A stretch of DNA of 26,936 nucleotides from Candidatus Thorarchaeota archaeon (GTDB lineage Archaea; Asgardarchaeota; Thorarchaeia; Thorarchaeales; Thorarchaeaceae), in the NCBI GenBank assembly GCA_048882325.1, contig JBHLRS010000037.1, forward strand, positions 3,127-30,062, in the 5' to 3' direction. A program made the translations under genes and the position numbers. Of the stretch, positions 17,638-26,936 are shown piece after piece. Positions within the stretch are counted from its first letter, which is position 1, and each line of letters opens with the position of its first letter. The notes beneath the pieces are model-generated. The model did no database searches and had not been told where the DNA came from. It saw nothing but the letters and a program-made list of their open reading frames with translations.

Positions 17638-19287
17638 ATGAGTGAATTGCACAAAGAGATAGACAGTCTATTCTCCAATTGGGACAGAGATGATTCGCCC
17701 GGGTGTATTCTTGCTATTGTCAAAGATAGAGAGATAGTCTATTCAAAGGGATATGGCATGGCTAATTTGGAGCATAGAGTCCCAATCACTGCAGACTCCG
17801 TATTTCGTACAGGGTCAGTGTCAAAACAGTTCACAGCGATGTGTATTGCACTTCTGGTGGAGCGGAGAGATATTTCACTGGATGACAGTGTTCGCAAATA
17901 TGTCCCGGAGTTGCCCAGCTATGCAGACAAAGTGACGATACGACATATGGTCCACCACATCAGTGGTATTCGTTCCTACACTAGCTTGCTCTCTATCTCG
18001 ATGCTCTCTCTGGATACAAAGGATGCCGATATGATCACAAAAGACATGTCAATTGAGATGGTGGCAAGACAAAAAACTCTCGAATTCAAGCCTGGTGAGA
18101 AATATGAATATAGTAACTCGAACTACTTCTTGTTAGGACTGATTGTCGAACGGGTCAGCGGCAAGTCATTGAGGCGTTTTGCGGAGGATGAGATATTCAA
18201 ACCACTTGGAATGAAGAACACGCACTATCATGATGACTGCAAGATGGTGGTGCCTAATCGTGCGTACGGATATGCACCGAAGGAGGGTGATGGGTTTGAG
18301 GTATCCATGAGTAACTGCGAGGTTGTTGGAGATGGCTGCGTCTTTTCTAGTGCAAATGATCTTCTTCACTGGGACTCCAATTTCTATGACAATAAACTCC
18401 CTGGTGGCAAAAGACTAATCGAAACAATGGAAACAAGCGGGATTCTGAACAGCGGAGATGAATACCCCTATGCTTTTGGTCTTTTCAAATCCTTTCACAA
18501 GGGACTGCCCTTGATCGACCACGGGGGTGCATGGGCGGGATTCAGAGCCTATATGGGGAGGTTTCCCGAACAGAGGTTCTCTATCATTCTCTTAGCAAAC
18601 ATAAGCAACCTCCCAGTTGGAAAACTCGGGAAACAAGTAGCGGATTTGTATCTTGAGCCTTACTATGATGAAGTGTTTAGGAGTAGCCAACCTGAGGAAA
18701 CCAAACCTCTAAAGTCAGTCAAAGTGTCGCAGAAAGAACTCGATGAAATTGCAGGTCTTTATCTGACTCCCAATGGAATGCTACTCGAGGTTTCAAGAGT
18801 TGAAGATAATCTGTCAATAGTCGTATCAGGTTGGAATGAGTCGCGAACAACATACATCCCTGTATCGAAAACAAGATTCCATCCAGATGACGGGATGTTC
18901 ACCAGTATTATTGAGGTGGTGAGAGTTTCTGAGAAGAAACCACTAAGACTAATGTCTCATAAGCCAGACGGTACAACTTCAAACTGGGAACCTATTCCGA
19001 AGACGTTGTCCAAGAGAGAGGTGAGGGATTTCGCTGGAATCTATTACAGCAGAGAACTTGATTCTACCTATATACTGGAAAAGTCAGAGAGTGGAACGCT
19101 AGTTTGCAGAACGGTTCCTTCTTTCTCAGGAAACCATGATGTTCACAAATTACGCAAAGATGAGGTAGTGTTTTTGGGCATCCAATTGAAATTCAGCCGA
19201 AATAAGCAAGGAATGGTCAATGGTTTCGATCTCTTTTCTAGTGGTGGTGTAAACGGTGTGAGGTTCAGAAAGGTGAAGAAGAGTTGA
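17638..19287 (+). CDS. Serine hydrolase, beta-lactamase/D-aminopeptidase family, with C-terminal accessory domains
   Basis: SxxK (GSVSKQF), YxN (YSNSNY), HGG; no signal peptide. Confidence 0.92.
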   Translation: MSELHKEIDSLFSNWDRDDSPGCILAIVKDREIVYSKGYGMANLEHRVPITADSVFRTGSVSKQFTAMCIALLVERRDISLDDSVRKYVPELPSYADKVTIRHMVHHISGIRSYTSLLSISMLSLDTKDADMITKDMSIEMVARQKTLEFKPGEKYEYSNSNYFLLGLIVERVSGKSLRRFAEDEIFKPLGMKNTHYHDDCKMVVPNRAYGYAPKEGDGFEVSMSNCEVVGDGCVFSSANDLLHWDSNFYDNKLPGGKRLIETMETSGILNSGDEYPYAFGLFKSFHKGLPLIDHGGAWAGFRAYMGRFPEQRFSIILLANISNLPVGKLGKQVADLYLEPYYDEVFRSSQPEETKPLKSVKVSQKELDEIAGLYLTPNGMLLEVSRVEDNLSIVVSGWNESRTTYIPVSKTRFHPDDGMFTSIIEVVRVSEKKPLRLMSHKPDGTTSNWEPIPKTLSKREVRDFAGIYYSRELDSTYILEKSESGTLVCRTVPSFSGNHDVHKLRKDEVVFLGIQLKFSRNKQGMVNGFDLFSSGGVNGVRFRKVKKS

Positions 19288-19355
19288 CCAACTCAGTTCC
19301 GAAGATAGTGTATTTATGCGACACAGATACATAGGATGAGCTGGAGCAATTTGTC

Positions 19356-20267
19356 GTGGACTCAATTGATAAAAAGATCCTGTGGGAACTTGATGCAGAC
19401 TGCAGGATAACCTATGAGAAGCTAGGTCAGAAACTAGGTATCACTGCGAATGCAGTCAGGAAAAGAGTGGAGGGTCTCATAGAGGATGGTGTGATAGTCA
19501 GGTTCATGATTCTCCCACACAACGCATTGATTAGTGCTGACTTCATTTCCATTCTGGTCATGACGGATGGTTCAGAAGAACAAACTGATTTCATTCAGGC
19601 AATTGGAAAGCATCCGGTCATCCATCATGTTAGTCCAGTAGTGACAATTGAGGGTGGTGCGTATCATCTGTTCGGTCAGTATTCCAGTATTGAGATGCTC
19701 TCGGATCTCGGCCAGTTTCTACGAGGACTCGAAACTGTGAAAGCGGTCAAGCAATATCCGGTTCTATTCCCACGGGGAGACAAAAAGGAGTTGTCCAAAC
19801 TTGAGCTCCGGGTGTTGGCATGTCTGATTGATAACCCTAGAATGACCATAAGTGAACTCGCTCGTTGTTCCAAATTAACAACCCGAAAGACAAGTAGGGT
19901 CTTGAAACAGATTCAGGAAGGGGGTGCAGTGAGGTTTACAGTCAGATGGGATGTGAATGCTGGAGGTAACACGTCATTCTGGATTATAGTGAACTGGGAC
20001 CAGAAGAAGATGTCTCATGAGAAATTGATTCAAGAATTCGAGAAATCGTTTCCAAATGAATACTGGACCTCCTTTGTTACAGCAACAGAACCTGTTATTT
20101 TCGTGAGGTTTGTCGTTGACAACCTACGAAAGGTCAATCAGATCACTGAGGATGTCAAGAACATGTCCTTTGTTGAATCCATTCAGACCATTGTATGCTA
20201 TTCATCTGCAGATTTCTCTTGGCTCGGAGAGTCATTGCTGAGAGACATGATATCCAACGCTATGTGA
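19356..20267 (+). CDS. Tandem (double) Lrp/AsnC-type winged-helix regulator
   Basis: Two HTH modules (DSIDKKIL...R.TY..LG...GIT...V.KRV and LSKLELRVL...NPRMTISELA), each followed by a RAM-like domain. Confidence 0.88.
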   Translation: MDSIDKKILWELDADCRITYEKLGQKLGITANAVRKRVEGLIEDGVIVRFMILPHNALISADFISILVMTDGSEEQTDFIQAIGKHPVIHHVSPVVTIEGGAYHLFGQYSSIEMLSDLGQFLRGLETVKAVKQYPVLFPRGDKKELSKLELRVLACLIDNPRMTISELARCSKLTTRKTSRVLKQIQEGGAVRFTVRWDVNAGGNTSFWIIVNWDQKKMSHEKLIQEFEKSFPNEYWTSFVTATEPVIFVRFVVDNLRKVNQITEDVKNMSFVESIQTIVCYSSADFSWLGESLLRDMISNAM

Positions 20268-20360
20268 ATGATATGATTATTCTCGATTATCACATGTAAA
20301 AAGAACAGAGTCTCAGGTGAAGTCGTAAATGTCCATCACCCGAGATATCGTCTGTTGCTT

Positions 20361-21380
20361 CTAACCTTTCCTCGCCTCTTCTTCGCGTTTCCGGCGTTCC
20401 TTCTCTAGCTCATCTAGTCGCTTTTTCTTAGATTCCTCAGCCTTTCGGATTTGCTTCTCAACGTCGAGAATACGCTTCTCAGCATTGGATAGTTCCTTCT
20501 TCCTGCGGTTCTCAGCGTTCTTGAACTCCTTACTGGCGTCCTTATACTCGTCCTTTGCCAGGTGTAGATCACGCTCAACACTCTCAACGCGAGTTCGTTT
20601 GACCTCCGCTACTGTTCGGTATCGCTCAGTCTCCTCATCAAGTCTGCTTTTTAATGCATCAAAGTCGGTCCGAAGCTGCTGAAGCTCAATGTTGTACGCA
20701 TTGATGTCCGATTCAAATGCTCGGATCTTCTCATCTTGAGCAGGCATTTGTGTTTCTGCGACTGGTGGGGGGGTCACTGGCGCAGGCTGAACTGGTGTTG
20801 GCGGCTCAACTGGTGCTGGTGTTTCAGCTGGTTCAGCAGGTTTTTCCATTGAGCTGAACCCTGTTTCAGGCATTGGCTCTTCTGCAATTGGCTCTTCCAC
20901 TTCAGTTTCAACTTCTGGTTCCTCGTATGCCATTGGTTCCTCAAGTTCCTCTTCCGGCTCAATGGGTGGAGGTTCCAAATCGTATTCTTCTTCGGAAGTT
21001 TCGACAGCTTCTTCTCCTCGAGAACGAGCCTCAGCAGCCCTGACCTTCTCTAGAATGTCAGCAACAACCGCTTTGCCCCGTTCATTATCCATAGGTGGAG
21101 ACTCAGACACGGTTTCTTCCACCTTTTCATATTCCTCGTAGGCATCTGGTTCATCGGAAACCAGTTCTTCTTGCCTAGCAGCTACATCACTCGGACGCAC
21201 ATGTACCGCCCCTTCTGAAACGACAGGTGATTCAGCTGCTGGGGTTTCCTCTACCACCTCAGGTTCTACAACTGGTTCTGGTTCAGCTTCATCAAAGCTT
21301 CTGATAAGAGAAGATCCGCAACCAGTGCAATACTTCCTAGTCACAGCGTTGAGCCTGCCACACTTTGGACATGTCTTAAT
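20361..21380 (-). CDS. Zinc-ribbon + acidic/Pro-rich disordered linker + coiled-coil protein
   Basis: Extending upstream of the GTG at 21344 gives IKTCPKCGRLNAVTRKYCTGCG; probable ATT start at 21380; E/P-rich middle; charged heptad C-terminus. Confidence 0.8.
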   Translation of the reverse strand: MKTCPKCGRLNAVTRKYCTGCGSSLIRSFDEAEPEPVVEPEVVEETPAAESPVVSEGAVHVRPSDVAARQEELVSDEPDAYEEYEKVEETVSESPPMDNERGKAVVADILEKVRAAEARSRGEEAVETSEEEYDLEPPPIEPEEELEEPMAYEEPEVETEVEEPIAEEPMPETGFSSMEKPAEPAETPAPVEPPTPVQPAPVTPPPVAETQMPAQDEKIRAFESDINAYNIELQQLRTDFDALKSRLDEETERYRTVAEVKRTRVESVERDLHLAKDEYKDASKEFKNAENRRKKELSNAEKRILDVEKQIRKAEESKKKRLDELEKERRKREEEARKG

Positions 21381-21596
21381 TTCTGACCTCTCCTGATTAG
21401 TAAATAATGTCCAAGCCTACGATTTATTCTTAGATATACATTTGGCGTATCAAGATACCGTGCAGAAAGCTGTAAGTTCTCTTACTATTCACCAACCATA
21501 CGAGGCGGATTCTGTACTCCCAGTGGTTCCTTTTCGCGTAGTTAGAAAGATATTAAGAAAATCAAGATTGAGTTCCACAAGTGTGGAGATCTTCAG

Positions 21597-22511
21597 ATGA
21601 TAGAATCAAATCGATGTACACTGATCAGTGATCCAACAGATGATGATGTAAAGAAGTTCCAACAGGGTTTGGAAACCTACAATCTGAAGAGGACTGATGG
21701 AGAGTTCAATAGTCCGCAACCATGGCACAATCTGGTCTTGAAAGATAACGAGGGGACAGTCATTGGTGGCATCTCTACTAGTACCCTATATTGGACTCAG
21801 TATCTCGAGGTTCTCTGGGTCGATGAAAAGTATCGTAGACTAGGATATGGAAAAGACCTCGTCTTGGAAGCACAGAGATTGGCAAAAGAGATTGGATGCA
21901 TTTCATCGCATGTTTACACGTTCTCCTGGCAAGCATCAGATTTCTATCAAGCAGTCGGGTATGATCTCATAGTGACCTATGATGGTTATCAAGGAGGAAT
22001 CAAAGAACACATTCTCATGACCCGTTTTGATGCCTTTGAGGAAAGACCAAATCGAATAGAAGACCCAGCTCGTTTCACAATAACATCCAATCCATCAGAT
22101 GAAGACCTCAAAACAGTACGCGCAGGTCTTGGAAGTAACTTTGATGATCATGTAGCGGGTGTCATGAAGGAATATCCACATACCGACTACAGCTCCGTGA
22201 TTAAAAACGAAGTTGGAGATGTGATTGGTGGAATAGGGGGATATACCACACTCGGAATACTGCACATTGCTGAACTTTGGGTTGATGAGAGATATAGGGG
22301 TCTTGGATATGGAAAGGATCTCTTGACGCACACTGAAACAGATGCAAAAGAGAAAGGATGTATAGCAGCACAGATTGCGTGTTTCTCTTTCCAGAACTTG
22401 GAGTTTCTGAATAGTCAGGGGTATCAGGTGCTTGGTTTATCGGACGCATATCCGAAGGGAGTCAGGGAGTATTATCTCACCAAGAAGTTTCGAATCCAAC
22501 CATCATGTTAA
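21597..22511 (+). CDS. Tandem GNAT acetyltransferase (two domains)
   Basis: LWVDEKYRRLGYGKDL and LWVDERYRGLGYGKDL; TFSWQA/CFSFQN. Confidence 0.92.
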   Translation: MIESNRCTLISDPTDDDVKKFQQGLETYNLKRTDGEFNSPQPWHNLVLKDNEGTVIGGISTSTLYWTQYLEVLWVDEKYRRLGYGKDLVLEAQRLAKEIGCISSHVYTFSWQASDFYQAVGYDLIVTYDGYQGGIKEHILMTRFDAFEERPNRIEDPARFTITSNPSDEDLKTVRAGLGSNFDDHVAGVMKEYPHTDYSSVIKNEVGDVIGGIGGYTTLGILHIAELWVDERYRGLGYGKDLLTHTETDAKEKGCIAAQIACFSFQNLEFLNSQGYQVLGLSDAYPKGVREYYLTKKFRIQPSC

Positions 22512-23153
22512 GTTACCTGCCTGACTAGTTTCAAGAAACGACAATACGAAAGAACTCCATTTCGCTTTCAGTTTGAGATATTCTTCATCTCGATTCGTCA
22601 TGACTTCCCTCATCAGTCGGGATGCGTCTTCCTGTTGGTGAGTTGACAAACCGTTCCAGAACTCAGTATTGATGATCGTGAGTTCTGAACTTATTTGATT
22701 CTCTCGCTCAATCAACTGTTCAAGTAAACCTAGGGCTTCATCTATTCTTGTTTCAGGAATAAAGACTCCATATGCTCCGAGACCCAGAATCATATTTTGG
22801 AGTCGGTCCTTGACAAAGGTCCGCATTCCACCATTTGATTTTATCATATCTGCGATTCCAAGACGATATTCTCTTGCTGTTGCTCGATAATAGCGCTGAA
22901 CAATCCCGGTGGTCGTCTTTTCAGTCCGAACCTGTTGGACCAGACCCACACTCTTCAACCGTTCGATGTGACGCAATACGTTTCCAGGATTTTTGCCGAT
23001 AGCATCTGCAAGCTGCTTGACTGTCATCTCTTCATTGACTAGGTATTTGAAAACAATCAGTGCCCTTATCTTGTCAAAGAGGACCTTGATAGTGTTTGGG
23101 TCAGAAATGACCGCTAGATCCTTCATACGAGGAGATGTATTAGCTGGATTCAT
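22503..23153 (-). CDS. ArsR-like winged-helix regulator
   Basis: EMTVKQLADAIGKNPGNVLRHIERLKSVGLV...RYYRATAR; ATG at 23153 with GGAGG RBS. Confidence 0.85.
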   Translation of the reverse strand: MNPANTSPRMKDLAVISDPNTIKVLFDKIRALIVFKYLVNEEMTVKQLADAIGKNPGNVLRHIERLKSVGLVQQVRTEKTTTGIVQRYYRATAREYRLGIADMIKSNGGMRTFVKDRLQNMILGLGAYGVFIPETRIDEALGLLEQLIERENQISSELTIINTEFWNGLSTHQQEDASRLMREVMTNRDEEYLKLKAKWSSFVLSFLETSQAGNLT

Positions 23154-23154
23154 T

Positions 23155-24063
23155 TTATTGTGACTCCTCCATTTGTCTTTCCTGTACTTCATGGATATTC
23201 GGGTCTGAAATGATGAGATATGTTCTGGATGCTGAGAGCACATATACAGGCAACAATATCATGACAATCACGAGAACGGATGCAAGTACATAGAGGTCAT
23301 ATGCTTGCTCTGTGAAGAGTGTCAAATCTGCAAACTCCTGGGCAATAATGGGACCGAGTAATAACAGACCTAAAGATGAGAATGTAATCCAGATTGAGAA
23401 TACAGCACTAAGGTTGTTTCGAGCCAGCTGCATTGAGTGCTTGATGGATGCAGTAAGGGACATGCCATCAACTATTGAGGGAAATACCATCGACAACATT
23501 CCTGAACTGATCAAAAACCAGACAATAGCTATGATGATTAGAAACATGAACGACGAACTAGTTGGTACGCGGTTTCCATAAAACCATGCTGCAATGATGT
23601 ACTCCACACCGATTGGACCGATGATGAAGAGAAACTGTACAATCCCACCTGGAGCCAGACGAGTGAATTTCTGTCGATACCAGAGCAATGATTCCTCAGC
23701 AGTTGCAGTTCCACCCTCAATAATCTCCTGCCCCATCCCAAATAGTGCCCCCAGAGCTATTAGAAATGGTGCCAATAGTGCAGAACCTACGAAGAGAACA
23801 ATACCAACAGCTTCAACATCGTTCACACCCGACAAAGCACCCCCGATAACATCGAAGATGTCGAAAATCTCATCTAATGGACCGTAGGCAATTGAAATCG
23901 GTATGCTTCCAATGAATAGTATCAAGAGAAACAAGCTTATTGTTATCACAAAGACGCCGAGAATCGCCAAGAAGATTGAGATGTAGTAGGTCTTTGTGAA
24001 ACGAACGCTAAGCTTGATCGTTTCAACATAGTCTCGTCGAGTCCATTTGCCCATTCCTTTCAC
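23155..24063 (-). CDS. Hypothetical integral membrane protein (about 6 TM)
   Basis: Multiple hydrophobic helices; GTGA overlap with the upstream peptidase. Confidence 0.8.
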   Translation of the reverse strand: MKGMGKWTRRDYVETIKLSVRFTKTYYISIFLAILGVFVITISLFLLILFIGSIPISIAYGPLDEIFDIFDVIGGALSGVNDVEAVGIVLFVGSALLAPFLIALGALFGMGQEIIEGGTATAEESLLWYRQKFTRLAPGGIVQFLFIIGPIGVEYIIAAWFYGNRVPTSSSFMFLIIIAIVWFLISSGMLSMVFPSIVDGMSLTASIKHSMQLARNNLSAVFSIWITFSSLGLLLLGPIIAQEFADLTLFTEQAYDLYVLASVLVIVMILLPVYVLSASRTYLIISDPNIHEVQERQMEESQ

Positions 24064-25865
24064 ATCCGTCGCTTTGTTCTAACGACAATGAAGATGCTAC
24101 TAAGTGCTACGATTGCTAGAATTAAGAATGGAACGATGATCAGGTCAGGCATTGGTTGATCCTCAGAAGCTCCCTCTGTGATTGAGAGGTCTAGAGTTTC
24201 TGATGGAATCTCATCAAGTGCAAGCACATCCTCGAAATGGGTAGGGGTGTCTTCGGAAATTAGAGTCGTTATTACATACACCTCTTCACTATCGGGACTT
24301 TGAATGTATTTAGAGAGAGTCCCAGATGTTGAATGGAGTTGAGATTGTGACACGTGCCACCCACTGGAATTTCTTATTGCTATGACTAATCCCACGTCGT
24401 ATGTAAGTGGATTGTCAATTGTAATTGTGAAGTTGTCAAGTGGTGCAACCATTCTAAACACATTGAAGCCATAGTGATAATGCTCGACATTTTCTCTAAT
24501 GATTGGGTAGTTGCCCAACAGAGTTGTATAGTATTGGATTGTATAGTTCAATGACTCAAAGCCATATACACCATCCTCAATCTCAGGGTCATCTAAGACA
24601 CACGCCGTTATGAAATCAAGATAGACATCATTGAACGTTAGATCATACCCTGCATTGGCTAATGCAACCTCGACAGCTGCAGGACCATCCTCGCGAGTGC
24701 TTACAAGGCTCTTCACCATATCCACGCCGAATCTTTCAGCAAGATAAGTCACAAAGAGATATGCTTGGCCATAGCTGGCATCCCAATATCGGCCATAGAA
24801 TCTATTGAAATGGAGTAGCGATATCTCTGGGTGGTATGTGTACGTGGTCGTGACTGCATCCGTAATGTAGTACCAGTATCCTGTGTAATCTATTGCTAGA
24901 TTTGCCAGCCCCTCCATCAGGAAGTCTGCCTCATCAGTTTCATAATTGTCCCAAATCAGGTGATTGAACTCATGGATAGTAATGAGCACAGTCTCGTTAA
25001 GGTCCCTTTCAGATTCGATGAAGATCATTTCTCTTCTATTAGAGAAAGGAAAAGGATATTCGTCCCACGGAACATGAAATCCCAGATACGCAGTTCCCAT
25101 ATGCCGCACCAATGGTACGAGGAAGAGCGTCACTCTCGGGTCTCCATCAATGTCTCCGAGATAGCCATCAGGACTTCCAGCTAGCTCTACTGCCTTAGGG
25201 TAAATCACATCATCAAAATACTGCCCCAACTGACTGCATTTCGATATTGCTGCACTCTCTCCCATAAGATCTATCGTTTCATTCGCCATATAGACATAAC
25301 AGGAATCACCAACAGCGAGAAGAGTAGCATTCACTGGAGTCAACTCCATGGACTCTGGTCGCGATAGGTAAGTCCAGAAAGCTTGTTGCTCACCAAAGGA
25401 CTCAGTAGTGTGTTCATGGTAAATCAAGACACCGGGAGTGAATACAGGTGCGAAATACACTGTTCTCACTTTGTCAGTATCATAGAGGAATCGAAATGTG
25501 AACTGATACTCAATTCCTGCCACGAAATCACCATAGACGTCCATTGACAAGATTCCATGAAAGGGAGTGGTATACGCTGATTCATTCGTTTTGGTATCAA
25601 GTGGATTGAGTCCAGTAACTGATGGCTCACATGCTACTGTTTGAAGTGTGAGCTCTTCATCAAATGGAGCAAAGAGTCCAACAACACGAATAGAATTAGG
25701 TCCCATTCCATCGTCTCCGATAGTCAAACATTGGATATCAGATTCATCTGCGTATGAAAATTCGAAATGAAATGTAATTCCTATGCCAAAGACTACGACA
25801 ATCATCCCGATCACAAGTACGGCACATGTTCTTGTTCCTAGTTTTCGTTGACTAATTGATGACAT
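24060..25865 (-). CDS. Membrane-anchored extracellular zinc metallopeptidase (HExxH gluzincin, M30-like)
   Basis: GDIDGDPRV, HEFNH plus downstream EGLA, YGQAYLFVTYL; N-terminal signal/TM and C-terminal TM then RTKRR; ATG at 25865. Confidence 0.82.
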   Translation of the reverse strand: MSSISQRKLGTRTCAVLVIGMIVVVFGIGITFHFEFSYADESDIQCLTIGDDGMGPNSIRVVGLFAPFDEELTLQTVACEPSVTGLNPLDTKTNESAYTTPFHGILSMDVYGDFVAGIEYQFTFRFLYDTDKVRTVYFAPVFTPGVLIYHEHTTESFGEQQAFWTYLSRPESMELTPVNATLLAVGDSCYVYMANETIDLMGESAAISKCSQLGQYFDDVIYPKAVELAGSPDGYLGDIDGDPRVTLFLVPLVRHMGTAYLGFHVPWDEYPFPFSNRREMIFIESERDLNETVLITIHEFNHLIWDNYETDEADFLMEGLANLAIDYTGYWYYITDAVTTTYTYHPEISLLHFNRFYGRYWDASYGQAYLFVTYLAERFGVDMVKSLVSTREDGPAAVEVALANAGYDLTFNDVYLDFITACVLDDPEIEDGVYGFESLNYTIQYYTTLLGNYPIIRENVEHYHYGFNVFRMVAPLDNFTITIDNPLTYDVGLVIAIRNSSGWHVSQSQLHSTSGTLSKYIQSPDSEEVYVITTLISEDTPTHFEDVLALDEIPSETLDLSITEGASEDQPMPDLIIVPFLILAIVALSSIFIVVRTKRRM

Positions 25866-25874
25866 AGATTCAAG

Positions 25875-25920
25875 AACGTTTGCGTTTATTAAAAACGTTT
25901 GCGGATAAAGCAAACGTTTG
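25875..25920. promoter_or_regulatory. Triple AACGTTTG operator-like repeat flanking a TATA box
   Basis: Copies start at 25875, 25894 and 25913; minus-strand TTTTTAATAAA at 25885-25895. Confidence 0.7.
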
Positions 25921-26034
25921 TGGTTTTGTGATGATTTCTACAATCTTAGTCTTTTTCGTGAAGCATCAGTGCCACTCCTCAAGGGTAACACTCAATGTAC
26001 ACACGTATGCTTTTGGTGAATTTAGAATGTTTCA

Positions 26035-26640
26035 CTATTTCCTAATTCGTGGGAAGAAGCGTCCAGTTCTCTTCATATAATCAGAGTATTCATCGCCAAA
26101 AGTCTCCAGAAGCATCTCTTCTTCTTTTCGTGCCACGAATGGAAATTGAATGATAACTAATACTGAAAGGATGATTATCAGGAAGTTCGCAGTCAGTAAA
26201 GAAACCCCAAACGAGAATATGTTGAGAACAGTGTACATTGGATGACGAACCCTCGCATATGGTCCTTCTGTAATCAACATATGGCTCTGCTTGATCTGCA
26301 GACATGCTGAGTACTGGCGATCAAGTGTTTTGTGAATCCACCAAAGGAACGGTGTGCTTACAAGAGCTAATAGAATACCAATCCATCGGACAAATTCCGG
26401 ATAATCAGGAATTTGAGTCCATGTGAACCACGGTTGATTCAATAGATAAAGAATTATGGAAACGAAGTAACCGAGGATTAGAAAGCTCATTGCTGCCTCG
26501 GCTTTACCAAATGGTTTCCTTTCATCTACTTCATCTGGTTCTTCACGTTTTGGTTTTACGAATCGATAGTAGCCCCTGACACTGAGGAAGAAGGCATAGA
26601 GTGCGATAAAGGAAATTCTGTAGAAGACCTCATCAGCCAT
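26035..26640 (-). CDS. Isoprenylcysteine carboxyl methyltransferase (ICMT/PEMT) family membrane protein
   Basis: LITEGPYARVRHPMY, EEEML..FGDEY..Y...TGRFFPR; ATG at 26640 with GGTGA RBS. Confidence 0.9.
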   Translation of the reverse strand: MADEVFYRISFIALYAFFLSVRGYYRFVKPKREEPDEVDERKPFGKAEAAMSFLILGYFVSIILYLLNQPWFTWTQIPDYPEFVRWIGILLALVSTPFLWWIHKTLDRQYSACLQIKQSHMLITEGPYARVRHPMYTVLNIFSFGVSLLTANFLIIILSVLVIIQFPFVARKEEEMLLETFGDEYSDYMKRTGRFFPRIRK

Positions 26641-26670
26641 GAAAATCACCAATTGTATTGTCGATAATAC

Positions 26671-26704
26671 ATACGCATGAGTCAGTAATAATACTAATAA
26701 GTCA
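26671..26704. promoter_or_regulatory. Putative TetR operator pair
   Basis: ATACgcATGAGTCA and ATACtaATAAGTCA, 20 bp apart, between divergent genes. Confidence 0.4.
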
Positions 26705-26766
26705 CTTTTTAACCTTGTTAGTTGAGCAATCATCAAGGCTCTCTCAGAGCAGAGGTCAGATGTAAG

Positions 26767-26936
26767 ATGCCCAGAGTGGTTCCAGAGTATAAAGAGAAAG
26801 CCAGACACAGGATAATTGAAGCTGGTGCAAGCATGTTTACTCAGAGAGGATTCCATGGAACTAGCATGGATGATATTGCAGAAGTATTAGGAGTTAGTAA
26901 AGGAGCAGTCTATCAGTATTTCAAGAGTAAAAAGCA
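26767..26936 (+). CDS. TetR/AcrR family regulator (partial)
   Basis: Own translation: MPRVVPEYKEKARHRIIEAGASMFTQRGFHGTSMDDIAEVLGVSKGAVYQYFKSKK. Confidence 0.92.
   Translation, partial: MPRVVPEYKEKARHRIIEAGASMFTQRGFHGTSMDDIAEVLGVSKGAVYQYFKSKK

Noticed and set aside
19356-22511. Tandem-domain Lrp and GNAT proteins as a novelty
   Set aside because: Internally duplicated versions of both families are well known
23154-23243. N-terminal extension of the wHTH regulator
   Set aside because: Overlaps the upstream membrane protein gene; the RBS supports 23153
25875-25920. Resemblance to the LacI/PurR box (GCAAACGTTT) or to a mini-CRISPR
   Set aside because: No LacI-family or purine genes nearby; 8-10 bp units at 19-bp period are far too short for CRISPR
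26641-26856. 72-aa N-terminal extension of the ICMT-like ORF
   Set aside because: Overlaps the divergent TetR gene and promoter; the ATG at 26640 has a good RBS

Overview
A 27-kb, gene-dense window that looks archaeal: GGTGA/GGAGGT ribosome-binding sites, BRE/TATA-like promoters and an archaeal-type LeuRS C-terminus. The tandem Lrp/AsnC regulators and many single-pass surface proteins suggest Asgard archaea, probably Thorarchaeia; this is inference, not a database result. Contents: leuS, metabolic and peptide-scavenging enzymes (LLM oxidoreductase, SDR, M20 amidohydrolase, serine hydrolase, HExxH metallopeptidase, GNATs, ICMT-like methyltransferase), three regulators, one clear and one possible pseudogene, and a set of membrane-anchored surface proteins. 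No rRNA, tRNA, CRISPR array or transposase was seen. Most notable: (1) three type-I surface proteins with two different kinds of ectodomain share a Gly-Gly-initiated TM helix, a 16-17 aa cytoplasmic tail and a terminal Y-[EQ]-W, a candidate sorting or cytoskeleton-coupling signal; (2) a LeuRS with a bacterial-type core, an archaeal-type C-terminal domain and an extra Cys4 knuckle; (3) a 189-aa lectin-like domain present three times with invariant loops; (4) a probable ATT start codon; (5) a 19-bp-periodic triple operator around a TATA box.
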